Shown here: piece after piece, positions 9,462-20,066 of the stretch
Position numbering within the stretch: the first letter of the stretch is position 1
How the letters are laid out: each line of letters opens with the position of its first letter
Program-made: the position numbers and the translations under genes
Notes under the pieces: model-generated
Seen by the model: the letters and a program-made list of their open reading frames with translations, nothing else
What the model was told of the DNA's origin: nothing
Database searches by the model: none
Source: an uncultured Dehalococcoidia bacterium
GTDB taxonomy: Bacteria > Chloroflexota > Dehalococcoidia > Lucifugimonadales > UBA1127
Direction: 5' to 3'
Assembly (NCBI GenBank): GCA_913049785.1
Contig: CAJWXP010000005.1
Span: forward strand, 14,527 to 78,526
Length of the DNA: 64,000 nt

Positions 9462-9614
9462 CTCATCCCAAGGACTGGTAAATCGATGCCCGGGGTACTT
9501 GCGCAATGTGCAGGGGCTCCGGGCATCAACGTATACGGGAGGTAGAGCAGCTGATGGTGGAATCCAGCCCCTTGAGTGATAATTACAGTCCATCTGGAGC
9601 AGTACGGAGAAGCT

Positions 9615-10832
9615 ATGCACGTTGGGTACATCCACATGATCGGCGGAGCAAGCGGCGATATGCTGCTAGGAGCATTGCTTGACGCAGGCCTGACCGTGGA
9701 AGCGCTCCAGGCCGAATTGGCAAAGCTGCCGATTCCAAGCTGCGCCATCGAGACCAAGCAGGACCGACGAGGTGGGCTGCAAGGACTCCACGTCACGCTG
9801 CAGACGAGTACGGGAGAAGCGGAGTCCGTGCGGATGGGTTGGGACGACTTCGCGTCCACCATCAACGCCGGTTCGTTGTCGACCACCGTGGCACAGCGCA
9901 GCCTGGCCGTCATCCGCAGGCTGGAAGAAGCAGAGCGCAAGGTGCATCGCAGCGGAGCTGAAGACCCATCACCACACCCCCATGAATTGGGCACGCTGGA
10001 CACCCTCATCGATGTGGTCGGCACAGTGGCGGGGTTTGAACTGCTGGGCATTGAGCGACTCTACGCCAGCGCCATCCCAATGGGGTCAGGGGTCTTCAAC
10101 GCTGCCCACGGCCCGCTTCCTGCCGCCGCCCCAGCCACTGTGGAACTGGCTGCGATGGCGAAGGCACCTGTGACCACGCCACCGTACGGCTATACAGGTG
10201 AGTTGGTCACACCGACCGGAGCGGCGATCGTTACGGAACTTTGTGAGTTCACTCGACCGGCCATGCGCTTGGAGCGGGTTGGCTACGGACTGGGCACCAG
10301 AAATCCAGAGAGCTATCCCAACGCCGTAGCTCTATGGGTGGGTGAACTGGACTCGGTGGACGTTTCCAGCGGTGTGACATTGCTGGAAACCAACATGGAC
10401 GATATCAGCCCCCAGATACTTGGGTACGTGCAGGAGCGGTTGTTCGCCCTGGGTGCGCTGGACGTTTGGCACACATCCATCCAGATGAAGAAGAACCGAC
10501 CCGGTGTGCTGCTGAGCGTGCTGGTACCGGAATCATTGGAGGGGCAGGCTGTGGCGATGCTCTTCCAGGAGACCACCACTCTTGGCGTCCGCAGGCGTGA
10601 CGTACAACGCCATGTGGCCGATAGGGAGATGCGTGATGTTGATACGGAGTACGGTCGCGTGCCGGTCAAGGTGAAGCTGCTGGAAGGCCGTGTAGTAGCT
10701 GCGGCGCCCGAGTACGATGTGTGTCGAGGCATCGCCATGCAAAAAGGGATTCCTCTTCAGGACGTTCTGGCCCTGGTGGCACAGGCGGCCAGACAACAAC
10801 TCGTCGGAGACGCTTTTCAACCCCTTTTATAG
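9615..10832 (+). CDS. larC: nickel-pincer cofactor biosynthesis protein LarC (DUF111)
   Basis: ATG at 9615 after GGAGA. N-terminus MHVGYIHMIGGASGDMLLGALLDAG is characteristic of LarC/DUF111. Confidence 0.85.
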   Translation: MHVGYIHMIGGASGDMLLGALLDAGLTVEALQAELAKLPIPSCAIETKQDRRGGLQGLHVTLQTSTGEAESVRMGWDDFASTINAGSLSTTVAQRSLAVIRRLEEAERKVHRSGAEDPSPHPHELGTLDTLIDVVGTVAGFELLGIERLYASAIPMGSGVFNAAHGPLPAAAPATVELAAMAKAPVTTPPYGYTGELVTPTGAAIVTELCEFTRPAMRLERVGYGLGTRNPESYPNAVALWVGELDSVDVSSGVTLLETNMDDISPQILGYVQERLFALGALDVWHTSIQMKKNRPGVLLSVLVPESLEGQAVAMLFQETTTLGVRRRDVQRHVADREMRDVDTEYGRVPVKVKLLEGRVVAAAPEYDVCRGIAMQKGIPLQDVLALVAQAARQQLVGDAFQPLL

Positions 10833-10994
10833 CGGCCTGGGACAGCCTAAACTCTCGTGTAGTTGTATGCGCATTACGTTTTACGCTATTCTGTCCCTAA
10901 GCGAGTGAATATCACACGTCCAACCTATGAGTATTGACCTGTGAGGAGCGTTTAATCACCCACCTACTCCCAATTCACTCCCCACTAAGGACTA

Positions 10995-12014
10995 ATGATT
11001 GCAAATCGTCATTCTCTAAGCGGATCCAAGGAGGACATGGTGCAGGATGGTAGCGCCGCCCAGGCCAAGATCAAGCAGATCGTTGACAACATATCCCGTG
11101 TGATCATCGGCAAACAACGGGCTGTTGAGCAGGCTGTCATCGCCCTGATATGCGGGGGGCATCTACTTATCGAAGATGTGCCCGGCGTCGGTAAGACGAT
11201 GTTGGCTAGAAGCGTCGCAAAGTCCACCGGCTGTTCGTTCGGTCGAATCCAGTTTACCCCTGACCTCCTCCCAAGCGACATCACCGGCGTGACCATCTAC
11301 AACCAGCAGTCCGGCGAATTCGAGTACCGGCCAGGGCCGATCATGGCCCAGATGGTGCTGGCAGATGAGCTCAACCGGACGACTCCCAAGACCCAATCGG
11401 CCTTGCTGGAAGCGATGGAGGAGCACCAGGTGACGGTTGACGGCATCACCCACCCCCTCCCTCGCCCCGCTATGGTGCTGGCAACGCTGAACCCCATCGA
11501 GTACGAAGGCACGTTCCCCCTACCGGAAGGCCAGCTTGACCGGTTCATGCTGCGGATCTCCCTTGGGTACCCTTCCCAGGAGGATGAGGTCTCCGTGGTG
11601 AGCCAGCAGGCGCTCCAGCACCCTATAGATTCCCTTGAGCCGGTAGTCACAGCCGAGGAGATACTGGAGCTTCAGGAGACCGTGAAAAGGATCCACGCAG
11701 ACACGGCCATCACGGAATATGCGGTTGCACTGGTCAATGCCACGCGAAAGCATCCGGATGCCGACCTTGGCGCTTCCCCACGTGGCTCCCTTGCCCTTTT
11801 CCGTACCAGCCAGGCGCTGGCGCTCATACGTGGTCGCGACTATGTCCTGCCCGACGACGTGAAGGAAATGGCGATACCGGTGTTGGGTCACCGTGTCATC
11901 GTCCCACCCTCGTCCCGGATGCGTGGTGTGACCGGACGAATGATCGTTGAGGCCGCGTTGGAAGAGGTCCCAGTACCTGGTGTACGAGCAGGGCAGCAAG
12001 CCCCAACAGGATAA
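10995..12014 (+). CDS. MoxR-family AAA+ ATPase
   Basis: [14 protein letters not shown] (Walker A), [23 protein letters not shown]. The start may instead be ATG 11037 (MVQDG). Confidence 0.85.
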   Translation: MIANRHSLSGSKEDMVQDGSAAQAKIKQIVDNISRVIIGKQRAVEQAVIALICGGHLLIEDVPGVGKTMLARSVAKSTGCSFGRIQFTPDLLPSDITGVTIYNQQSGEFEYRPGPIMAQMVLADELNRTTPKTQSALLEAMEEHQVTVDGITHPLPRPAMVLATLNPIEYEGTFPLPEGQLDRFMLRISLGYPSQEDEVSVVSQQALQHPIDSLEPVVTAEEILELQETVKRIHADTAITEYAVALVNATRKHPDADLGASPRGSLALFRTSQALALIRGRDYVLPDDVKEMAIPVLGHRVIVPPSSRMRGVTGRMIVEAALEEVPVPGVRAGQQAPTG

Positions 12015-12023
12015 GCCAGGCTT

Positions 12024-13274
12024 ATGCGCTATCGCCCTACACGATTCCACATCGTCCTCTTGCTGGTAGCCCTGGCGTTTCTTTATGCCATGGCCACCGG
12101 CTTTGCCATCTACTATCGCCTTGGCTATGCGCTTGGCTTCGCCCTCGTAGCCACCTACGTTTGGGGGGTCATCAGCCTTCGAGGCCTGGAAGTCCGTATC
12201 CAACGGCAGCTTGGCAATCGTGAAGTAGGCGGCACATTCGTCACGCAGATCAGCGTCACCAACACCGCTGCACCCAAACCGGTTCTGGAAATCTCAGAGC
12301 TGACTTCGTTCACCGGCTTGCCAGGAGGGCGAGCAATAGGCATGGGCACCCATGCGACCCACACGTGGACCAACCGCATCACGGCTCACCGCAGAGGCGT
12401 GTTCACCATCGGCCCGATTCAGATCACTTCTGCAGACCCGTTCGGCATGTTTCGCCACTCCAAGCTGTTTGAGACTGTCCAGCAGGTCGTCGTCTACCCG
12501 GCTACGGTCCCGCTGCCGCTCTTCTCACTGCCCAGGAGAGGGTCGCCGGGCGAGGGCACGTTTCGTCGACCGACAGCCAGTACGAGTCCAGCAGTGTCCA
12601 GTGTCCGAGAGTACGTACCCTCCGACACCCTTGGCCGTATCCACTGGCCCACCACCGTCCGAACAGGGAAACTCATGGTCAAGCAGTTCGATCAGGATAC
12701 GGGGAGCGATGTCTGGATAGTCCTTGACCTTCACAACGCAGTGCAGGCCGGAAGCGACGCCGAATCCACGGAGGAGTACGCCGTCACCGTAGCGGCTTCC
12801 ATCGCTCGTCACTTTCTTGACTCAGGCCTGTTCGTTGGACTGTTCGCCTACGGCAAAGAGCCGCTGTACGTGCCCCCCAACAGAGGCTACGGGCATCAAG
12901 ACCGCATCATGCAGGCCCTGGCGCTGGTCAAAGCAGAGGGCACATCGTCCCTGGAAGAGGTGCTTGAAGACGGGCGGAGGCATGGCCTGGATCAGAGTTC
13001 TGTCGTCATCATCACCCCGTCTGTAGACCCGGGCTGGCCTGCATCAGCAAGCTGGTTGTTCCACCACGGCGCGCAGGTCACCACGGTGCTTATCGATCCG
13101 AGTTCATTCGGCGGACCTGGTGATGTTGAGGATGTGGGAAGCAGGCTGGCAGCGGGTGGGGTCCGTACGTATACAGTCAGGCAGGGCCAACCGTTGGGCG
13201 ATGCAATGGCACGACCCATGTTCGCCCCAACGTTCACGCTAACCTCTCGCTACAAGCCGGAGGTGCCTGCATGA
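12024..13274 (+). CDS. DUF58 domain protein (MoxR partner)
   Basis: Two N-terminal TM segments, the REYVPSDTLGRIHW motif typical of DUF58, and a position immediately after moxR. Confidence 0.8.
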   Translation: MRYRPTRFHIVLLLVALAFLYAMATGFAIYYRLGYALGFALVATYVWGVISLRGLEVRIQRQLGNREVGGTFVTQISVTNTAAPKPVLEISELTSFTGLPGGRAIGMGTHATHTWTNRITAHRRGVFTIGPIQITSADPFGMFRHSKLFETVQQVVVYPATVPLPLFSLPRRGSPGEGTFRRPTASTSPAVSSVREYVPSDTLGRIHWPTTVRTGKLMVKQFDQDTGSDVWIVLDLHNAVQAGSDAESTEEYAVTVAASIARHFLDSGLFVGLFAYGKEPLYVPPNRGYGHQDRIMQALALVKAEGTSSLEEVLEDGRRHGLDQSSVVIITPSVDPGWPASASWLFHHGAQVTTVLIDPSSFGGPGDVEDVGSRLAAGGVRTYTVRQGQPLGDAMARPMFAPTFTLTSRYKPEVPA

Positions 13275-15862
13275 CGACGCAGACTGCGGTAATGGCACCA
13301 GCGCCCACCTTCAACCCTGACCACCCGGTGCTCAGGGCATTCCGGAGGTTCACCCCCGCCGAGGGCTGGCTGACCTTCGTCATCCTCATGGGCACACTGC
13401 TGGTAATCACTGGAACCGTAACAGACGCCGCGTGGGCAGACACTCCATCTCTCGCCGGAATAGTCTTTGTCTCCGCCATCGCGGGCCTCGTCGTCGCTAA
13501 AGTGCCCGGCAATCCCATAGGTTGGCATGTGGCTGCGGTGGTGTTGGGCGCGGGGTTCGTCTACTGGCAGATGTCTACCCTGACAGAAGCCACAGGCTTC
13601 ATTGAGCATTTCCAGGAGCTGAATACCCGCTTGAACCAATGGAGAGAGACAGCTGGCGAGGGCGGCATCAGTACAGACACCATCCCCTTCGCGCTCATGC
13701 TGGCTTCATTTGCATGGGTGATAGGGTATGTCTCAGCGTGGGCAACGTTCAGGAAGCACAACCTGTGGCTTGCCGTGCTCCCCGGTGGCATCGCGATGTT
13801 CTCGAACTTGAGCTACCTCCCGGACGAGTTTGGCCCACAGGTGTTCCTCTACCTGTTGTTCGCCATGTTGCTGACGATACGCATCCACGCGTTGAACCAG
13901 GCTACGGAGTGGCAGCGAATTGGCTTTGTGTTCCCCAGGAACCACGGGTTCTACGCCGTCTATCGGGGTGCCTGGTACATCCTGTTCGCGCTGGTGATCG
14001 CAGTAGTGATCCCTGCCCGCCCCGTCCAGGTGCCGTGGATGGATGCCGCATGGGAGTGGATGCGTACTCCGATAGGCTCGCTGGAAGACGACCTTGATCG
14101 ACTCTTTGCTGCGTTGCCTGATCGCAAAGGCTCCGGCTACAGGGTCTTCGGCGATTTCTTACCCTTCGAGGGGCCTATCTCTCTTAGTGACGAGCCCATT
14201 TTCCTCCTGGACGCTCCCCATCCGATCTACCTACGGGCCAGAGCGTACCCCACGTACGCGCCTCAGGGTTGGACCGTCGATGACACGGAGGAGTTGATCC
14301 TCACAGAGACCCTACCACGCAGTCAGCCCAGGAGAAATCAGTCCCGGTTGGAGCTGGAATATACTGTTGCCCCTCTGTTCACCACGCGGAGCCTCCCGGT
14401 GTCCAACCTCCCATTGGGGAGTGAGACTGAGTTGAACGTACAGGTGCTCTCTCCCGGTGACTACTGGCTGCCATTGATACCCGGTGACACCGATTCGCTC
14501 GACCTCCCGGACGATCTGGCTACAGCGGTAGTCTCGCTCCAGAGCGCAGAGATATACGAGAGATCGAAAGAGAGTCAGGCAGGGACGCTGTTCCGCGCCA
14601 TACCTGCGGACGCCGTCATTACAGAGATCCTCTTCCAGGATACGTTGGACGGAGGGTCAGAGCGCGCCTACATCGTTCCGGATGCTGCCGTTGGTGAAGT
14701 GAACAGCAATCTCATCGAGACCCTTGAGCAGGACGATGGCGTAGTCTCATGGGTGAGAGTCGTACGCCTAGCCCCGAATCCGCCTGACATTGTATCCGTG
14801 AGTAGCTCCGACTCCCTTTTCGTGGGAGATCAGTATACCGTCACATCGTCGATCTCCACGGCGTCTGCCAGGGAGTTGCGCACCGCTGGCACGGACTATC
14901 CTGGATGGGTCACAGACCGGTACCTGCAAATACCTGACGAGCTTCCCACCAGGGTCACCGACCTGGCGCTGGATCTGACCAGAGACATATCCAATCCGTA
15001 CGATAAAGCTAAAGCGATTGAGTCCTACTTGCGTACCCTGCCATACGACCAGGATATCCCCGCTCCCGGCTTTGACGCTGATGGTGTGGATCACTTCCTC
15101 TTTGTGGTGGGACGTGGATACAGCGACTACTTCGGCTCCGCGATGGCTGTACTGCTGCGCGAGGCTGACATCCCCGCCCGGATGGTGGCCGGATACGCGC
15201 CAAGGGAGTTCGATGAAGAAGCGGAGAACTTCGTCGTCCGAGAGGCGGATAGCCACGGGTGGGCGGAGGCCTATTTCCCCGACTTCGGTTGGGTCGAGTT
15301 TGAGCCGACACCAGGCCGTAGTTTGCCAACGTACGTTCGGGAATCTTTGCTTGATACCTCCCCGACAACCGAAGAGGATGTGGAAGACCCGTTTGACGAG
15401 GACGAGTTCGAAGACGACGAGGGGTTTGAGCCCTTTGACCTCCCCCCGGAGATAGAGGATTCCTTTGGTGTGGACGGCCGGTTCATTGCTGGGATTCTGG
15501 GGAGTGTCTTCAGCGTATGGCTGGTCTGGTATGTGTATCGACGACTCTTCGTGACGATCAAAACGCCCGCTGCAATATTTGAACGGATGTGCCTGCTGGG
15601 TACGTTCGCGGGGTTGCCCTATCTGAGGAGCCAGACACCTACGGAGTACACTCGCCGACTGGCAGAGGTGTTCCCCAACGCTGCAGGCGACCTCCGTATC
15701 CTGGGTAACACCCACGCCGTGACACGCTATAGCCTGCGGGGGATTACGGTATCGGAATCTGAGCAGGTGGGTCGAGCTTGGCGGAACATCCGCAAGCTGC
15801 TCATCCATCGAATATACTGGCGCAACCCGTTCGGAGAAGGCAGCCAGCCGGCAATGGATTAA
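13271..15862 (+). CDS. transglutaminase-like membrane protein (TgpA-like)
   Basis: 4-nt overlap with the DUF58 gene. Multi-TM N-terminus. Transglutaminase core: GYSDYFGSAMAVLLREADIPARMVAGY...EADSHGWAEAYFPDFGWVEFEPTPG. Confidence 0.8.
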   Translation: MTTQTAVMAPAPTFNPDHPVLRAFRRFTPAEGWLTFVILMGTLLVITGTVTDAAWADTPSLAGIVFVSAIAGLVVAKVPGNPIGWHVAAVVLGAGFVYWQMSTLTEATGFIEHFQELNTRLNQWRETAGEGGISTDTIPFALMLASFAWVIGYVSAWATFRKHNLWLAVLPGGIAMFSNLSYLPDEFGPQVFLYLLFAMLLTIRIHALNQATEWQRIGFVFPRNHGFYAVYRGAWYILFALVIAVVIPARPVQVPWMDAAWEWMRTPIGSLEDDLDRLFAALPDRKGSGYRVFGDFLPFEGPISLSDEPIFLLDAPHPIYLRARAYPTYAPQGWTVDDTEELILTETLPRSQPRRNQSRLELEYTVAPLFTTRSLPVSNLPLGSETELNVQVLSPGDYWLPLIPGDTDSLDLPDDLATAVVSLQSAEIYERSKESQAGTLFRAIPADAVITEILFQDTLDGGSERAYIVPDAAVGEVNSNLIETLEQDDGVVSWVRVVRLAPNPPDIVSVSSSDSLFVGDQYTVTSSISTASARELRTAGTDYPGWVTDRYLQIPDELPTRVTDLALDLTRDISNPYDKAKAIESYLRTLPYDQDIPAPGFDADGVDHFLFVVGRGYSDYFGSAMAVLLREADIPARMVAGYAPREFDEEAENFVVREADSHGWAEAYFPDFGWVEFEPTPGRSLPTYVRESLLDTSPTTEEDVEDPFDEDEFEDDEGFEPFDLPPEIEDSFGVDGRFIAGILGSVFSVWLVWYVYRRLFVTIKTPAAIFERMCLLGTFAGLPYLRSQTPTEYTRRLAEVFPNAAGDLRILGNTHAVTRYSLRGITVSESEQVGRAWRNIRKLLIHRIYWRNPFGEGSQPAMD

Positions 15863-16836
15863 GCGACGACGTTGGTAGGAGAACCGCTCGCTACGTTGCG
15901 GATGTTGTCCACCACCATTTCCAACCCAGCGTAGTCCGTCTCCGGCGTCGATGCTGCCACATGTGGCGAGAGAACAACATTGTCCAGCTTTGTGAATGCA
16001 TGCCCTGCAGGCAGCGGCTCAGTTACAAAGACGTCCAACCCTGCACCGGCGATACGCCCTGCGTCCAGCGCGCTTACCAGAGCATCTTCGTCCACGATGG
16101 CGCCTCTGGCGGTGTTCACCAAAATAGCGCTCGGTTTCATGAGCGCCAGCTTCGCAGCATCCACCAACCCTCGACTCTGGTCCGACAATCGCACATGGAT
16201 TGAGACCACATCGGCGGCGCTCATCACGTCCTCAATGGATGCCCAGGTCACTCCCGTCCGCTTGCCCCACTCCAGGTCAGGGTGGAACGTCCAACCCATG
16301 ACGTTCATGCCCACAGCCAGCCCCAGCTCCGCCATGCGTTTGCCTATGGGCCCTGCGCCGATGATCCCAAGGGTCTTGCCATAGAGCTGCCCAACGGGTG
16401 CCCGCGCCCAATCGCCCTCGCGAATAAGCAGATCGTTCTGACGTACCTTCCTGGATACGGACAACGCCAGGGTCAGGGCACACTCTGCAACCGCTGGCGC
16501 AGAATACCCTGGGATGTTGGTGACCGTGATGCCGAGGCGTTTGCAGGCCTCTAGGTCCACCATGTCCACGCCGATCCCAAAGACCGCGATGTGCTTGAGT
16601 CTTGAGCACTGGCTCAGAACATCGTCGGTGAACTGGCTCGAGTTGCGTATGCAGATCGCCACATCGGCGTCACGGATACGTTCCAGCAGCAAGTCCGGTG
16701 TGGAAGCAAGCGAGTCGTAAGTCTGCAGGCCGCCGAGGACCTGTAGCTTCGCCTCCTGCGCTGACCCGGCGACCGCTGCAGGAGCATCGTCAGGCACCAC
16801 TATGCGTAGGCCGTCGTCGGTGGATGAATTGGTCAT
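15859..16836 (-). CDS. D-isomer-specific 2-hydroxyacid dehydrogenase (NAD-binding)
   Basis: GIIGAGPIGKRMA, NTARGAIVDEDAL, DVFVTEPLP, SPHVAAST. Confidence 0.8.
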   Translation of the reverse strand: MTNSSTDDGLRIVVPDDAPAAVAGSAQEAKLQVLGGLQTYDSLASTPDLLLERIRDADVAICIRNSSQFTDDVLSQCSRLKHIAVFGIGVDMVDLEACKRLGITVTNIPGYSAPAVAECALTLALSVSRKVRQNDLLIREGDWARAPVGQLYGKTLGIIGAGPIGKRMAELGLAVGMNVMGWTFHPDLEWGKRTGVTWASIEDVMSAADVVSIHVRLSDQSRGLVDAAKLALMKPSAILVNTARGAIVDEDALVSALDAGRIAGAGLDVFVTEPLPAGHAFTKLDNVVLSPHVAASTPETDYAGLEMVVDNIRNVASGSPTNVVA

Positions 16837-16887
16837 GACCTCTCCTATAACGTCAGAAATGGGGGCTGAATAGCACAGGAGTCTTGG

Positions 16888-17904
16888 TTACGGCTTGCGA
16901 GCTATCACCAGGTCCCTGTTGCCTTCCAGCAGCTTCACATTCATATCTGTGAACCCGGCCTGCTCCAACCACTGCTGATAGACAGTGCCAGAGCGCTCCT
17001 GCCCACCGGTGGACACCAAAGCATGCAGGTCCATCAACGTGGTAAGGAGTGGGCCGGTACCTTCATCGTTCAGCAACTTCTCGCATACCAGGATCGTGCC
17101 GCCCGGTTGAAGCGCCTCGAAGCAGTGTTGCAGAATGATCTTGCACTGCTCCTCAGGCCAATCGTGCAGGATCCAACCCAACGTGATGACATCCGCTTCC
17201 AGGGGGAGGCTACCCCGCTGGAAAAAGTCCCCCGGGTGGGTCTTCGCCCTATCGTCCACCCCGTACTGCTTGAGGTAGTCATCGGCGATCGCGCATACTG
17301 CAGGCTGTTCAAAGACGATGCCCTTCAAGTTCTCGTGCTTCTTAAGGGCTGCAATGACCAGCGCTCCTGACGTCCCGCCAACGTCCAACAGCGTATCGAA
17401 CGGGCCGAAGTCGAAGGCATCAACGATCTCTTGGGCGTCCGCCACCGTAAGGTTGTGCATGCCCTGCACGAACCCTCGAAGTCGCTGTGGCTCCGCATAG
17501 ACGGACTCCAGCATGTCAAAGCCAGGGCCGAAGACCTCCCTGACCCTGGGCGTGTTCTCTCTGATGGCGCCGGGAAGCAACTGCCAGAGTCTCCAATGCA
17601 GTTGGCTGAGGTGTTCAACCTGGCCGCCCAGATAGGAATCCTGGCCCTTCACCAGGTACTGCCCAGTCTCTTCAGTATTACTGAATCGACCGTCTTCCTT
17701 GGTGATGAGTTCCAACGCAACAAGCGTGTTCATGAGTCGTTCCAACGCGATCGGGTGCAGCCGCAATCGATACGCAAGGATCTCTGCGCTGGCTGGGCCT
17801 TTCGCCAGTTCGTCGAAAACGCCAAGCTCTACGCCGGTGAACAGTGCTTTTGATACCCAGAACCCGGTGAGCATCTCCTGGATATGTGTTGGGGATGTTG
17901 GCAT
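16888..17904 (-). CDS. SAM-dependent O-methyltransferase (dimerisation domain plus class I MTase)
   Basis: ORF 16888..17976. ATG at 17904 (MPTSPTHIQEML) follows GAGGAA. LLDVGGTSG is a SAM motif. Overall resemblance to the COMT/ASMT-type O-methyltransferase family. Confidence 0.75.
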   Translation of the reverse strand: MPTSPTHIQEMLTGFWVSKALFTGVELGVFDELAKGPASAEILAYRLRLHPIALERLMNTLVALELITKEDGRFSNTEETGQYLVKGQDSYLGGQVEHLSQLHWRLWQLLPGAIRENTPRVREVFGPGFDMLESVYAEPQRLRGFVQGMHNLTVADAQEIVDAFDFGPFDTLLDVGGTSGALVIAALKKHENLKGIVFEQPAVCAIADDYLKQYGVDDRAKTHPGDFFQRGSLPLEADVITLGWILHDWPEEQCKIILQHCFEALQPGGTILVCEKLLNDEGTGPLLTTLMDLHALVSTGGQERSGTVYQQWLEQAGFTDMNVKLLEGNRDLVIARKP

Positions 17905-18068
17905 TCTGGAAATTCCTCGCATTCGATGTGCTGGTAGCGTTCGTGCAATTGTACCGTTCCATAGGAAGTGCATCAAGGACTGCCGGCCGCGCTATGACGA
18001 GTATTTAGGTTGACCGGAGAAAACACCGCGTATAGAATCAGCGTGGTCAGTAATTTGAGGAGGACACC

Positions 18069-18302
18069 ATGCCGTTGTACGAGTATCTGTGCGAACCTTG
18101 CAATGATAAGTTTGAAGTGCTTCGGACAATATCGAAGGGCGCTGATCCGGCGACATGCCCCACCTGCGGCGACAACGGGCACCGCGTGCTCTCCGTCTTT
18201 GCTGCTGTCAGCGTAGGAGCCAACGGCGAGCCTGTACCTGCTGCGATGGGCGGCATGGGTGGCGGCGGAGCCTGCTGTGGCGGCGCTTGCGGCTGCAGCT
18301 AA
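18069..18302 (+). CDS. FmdB-family zinc-ribbon protein
   Basis: MPLYEYLCEPCNDKFEVL...CPTCG (CxxC...CxxC), with a Gly/Cys-rich tail. Confidence 0.8.
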   Translation: MPLYEYLCEPCNDKFEVLRTISKGADPATCPTCGDNGHRVLSVFAAVSVGANGEPVPAAMGGMGGGGACCGGACGCS

Positions 18303-18335
18303 CCTCTCCAACTAATACTTGGTAGTACAGAGAAG

Positions 18336-18358
18336 CCCTCGGAATTCCGGGGGTTTTT
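18336..18358 (+). terminator. rho-independent terminator after the fmdB-like gene
   Basis: Hairpin cccucgg-aauu-ccggggg (7 bp including one G-U pair) followed by UUUUU. It sits between convergent genes. Confidence 0.6.
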
Positions 18359-18360
18359 AG

Positions 18361-19098
18361 TTATTCTCTCAAACTCACTTGGCGGGCCCTCAGCCTGCGC
18401 AACCACCACCAACTCACTCCGGCCAGCAGCAACGCCTGCGACACGGTGGCGAACGCTACTAGCAACGTAGCTTCAAACCAGAACTGCTCCGGAAACATGA
18501 CCACCAGGAAGTCTCGCCGGGGGTTCAGCATCCAGAAGTCGTTCCGGAACAGTATTTCGTGGAACAGTGTGAAGAAGAACGGAAAGGCCGCACCTATAAC
18601 GATGCCAGCGGTAGCCAACGACCCTATGGTGTAGAGGCCTCCCCGGCGAATACGGTGGAATGCCGGTTCAAGAAACTGCCTGCGATGCCGGACGAAACCC
18701 CAGGCCAGATAGCCCACAAGTACCGCTCCTGCTATGTAGGTCAGAACGTACATCCACTTGACACGAGCCTTCACGTCCTTCATGTGGATGAGCTCTCGCG
18801 AGTTGAAGAGGTCCTGGTTATAGAGCTGAATGTTCAAGTACTCATCATCGTTGTTGAAGTAGTCGATGAACTCGTCGGCAATACGATTGAGCTCAGCGTC
18901 CGGCACGCCCGTCCGCTGCTCGATGTTGTTCCTATCGAAACCTGTCGAGTACACCCACGATGAGTTGAAGGCGACCCGGACGTTCAACGTCAAAATGAAG
19001 ATCGGCATGGCGATGAGGAATGCGATGCCAGCCCATCGGAACAATGTCGGCGATGCCTGCGCCCACCTGCTTTGAAACGTCCCGATCGCCTCTGCCAT
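18361..19098 (-). CDS. TIGR01906/DUF1461-family integral membrane protein
   Basis: N-terminal TM, then ELIHMKDVK and HEILFRNDFWMLNPRRDFLVVMFPEQFW, which resemble the DUF1461 (Lit-like) family. Confidence 0.65.
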   Translation of the reverse strand: MAEAIGTFQSRWAQASPTLFRWAGIAFLIAMPIFILTLNVRVAFNSSWVYSTGFDRNNIEQRTGVPDAELNRIADEFIDYFNNDDEYLNIQLYNQDLFNSRELIHMKDVKARVKWMYVLTYIAGAVLVGYLAWGFVRHRRQFLEPAFHRIRRGGLYTIGSLATAGIVIGAAFPFFFTLFHEILFRNDFWMLNPRRDFLVVMFPEQFWFEATLLVAFATVSQALLLAGVSWWWLRRLRARQVSLRE

Positions 19099-19163
19099 TG
19101 CTTCCCTATTCGCCTTACTTCTCTCCCAGTATAATTGGCCTATCTCTCAAAAAGGAAATTGCT

Positions 19164-19949
19164 ATGACTACAACACCAGAGCACCAGGATACCTATCAAG
19201 GTTTGCGGGACATCATCGCCCGACTCCGTGCGCCGGACGGTTGTCCGTGGGATCAGGAGCAGACCCACACCACGCTGCGCCAGAACCTGCTTGAAGAGTG
19301 CTACGAGGCTCTGGAAGCGCTGGATGCAGGCGACCCCCAATCCCTGTCCGAGGAGCTTGGTGATGTGCTGTTGCAGATCGTGTTCCACTGCCAGATCGCT
19401 GAGGAGAATGGCGACTTCACGGACGCTGACATGTTCCGTCACATCAATGAGAAGCTGGTACGGAGGCATTCCCACGTCTTTGGCGATGTGGTGGTCAAGG
19501 ACGCCCGGGAGGTTGAGGCCAACTGGGAGGAGACCAAGAAAAAGGAGCGCGGAGAGAAGGTCTCAGTGCTGGACGGCGTGGCCAAGGCGATGCCAGCTCT
19601 GGGTTATGGGCAGTCCATTACCTTCAGGGCATCGCAGGCAGGCTTTGAGTGGCACGATATCTCCGGCGTGCTGGACAAGGTGCGGGAGGAGATAGGTGAG
19701 CTGGAAGCCGCGCCGACCAAGTCCGAGAAGGAGCGTGAGTTCGGCGATGTGCTACTATCGTTGGTGAACGTGGCTCGCTGGCTGGACATAGACGCTGAGA
19801 GCGCTCTACGAGGGGCCAACAACCGCTTCTACGGTCGGTTCACCCACATCGAGGCTGGAGCGCGTGCCCAAGGCCGCTCCGTGCGCGATATGTCCATGGA
19901 CGAGAAGGAAGCCCTGTGGGAAGAAGCGAAACGAGCCGAGAAGCACTAA
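19164..19949 (+). CDS. mazG: nucleoside triphosphate pyrophosphohydrolase MazG
   Basis: ATG at 19164 (MTTTPEHQ). CPWDQEQTHTTLRQNLLEECYEALEA and a second EExGE-type repeat. Confidence 0.85.
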   Translation: MTTTPEHQDTYQGLRDIIARLRAPDGCPWDQEQTHTTLRQNLLEECYEALEALDAGDPQSLSEELGDVLLQIVFHCQIAEENGDFTDADMFRHINEKLVRRHSHVFGDVVVKDAREVEANWEETKKKERGEKVSVLDGVAKAMPALGYGQSITFRASQAGFEWHDISGVLDKVREEIGELEAAPTKSEKEREFGDVLLSLVNVARWLDIDAESALRGANNRFYGRFTHIEAGARAQGRSVRDMSMDEKEALWEEAKRAEKH

Positions 19950-20066
19950 TTAGCTCCAGCCTACTCGTTCTTCCCTTGTCTTGTGTGCCTACGTGGGCCC
20001 TTGCGGTAAGCGCCAGCTACCAGTAGAGTCTCAAGGGTCACATCCACCAAACCCCAGGAGGCCGTT

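Noticed and set aside
9485-9527. 9-bp inverted repeat (gatgcccgg / ccgggcatc) between the binding-protein gene and larC, considered as a terminator or riboswitch.
   Set aside because: The loop is 25 nt, no U-tract follows, and the region is too short for a known Ni/Co riboswitch fold that I could recognise. It is probably a weak stem or mRNA stabiliser.
15859-15862. Convergent transglutaminase-like and dehydrogenase genes sharing a TTAA (both stops overlap), seen as a possible regulatory antisense arrangement.
   Set aside because: Four-base convergent stop overlaps are common in compact genomes. No additional structure or conserved element is visible.
18240-18302. The Gly/Cys-rich tail (GGMGGGGACCGGACGCS) of the small zinc-ribbon protein as a possible RiPP precursor core.
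   Set aside because: FmdB-family (CxxC_CxxC_SSSS) proteins commonly end in such Gly/Cys-rich tails. No modification enzyme, protease or exporter genes are adjacent.
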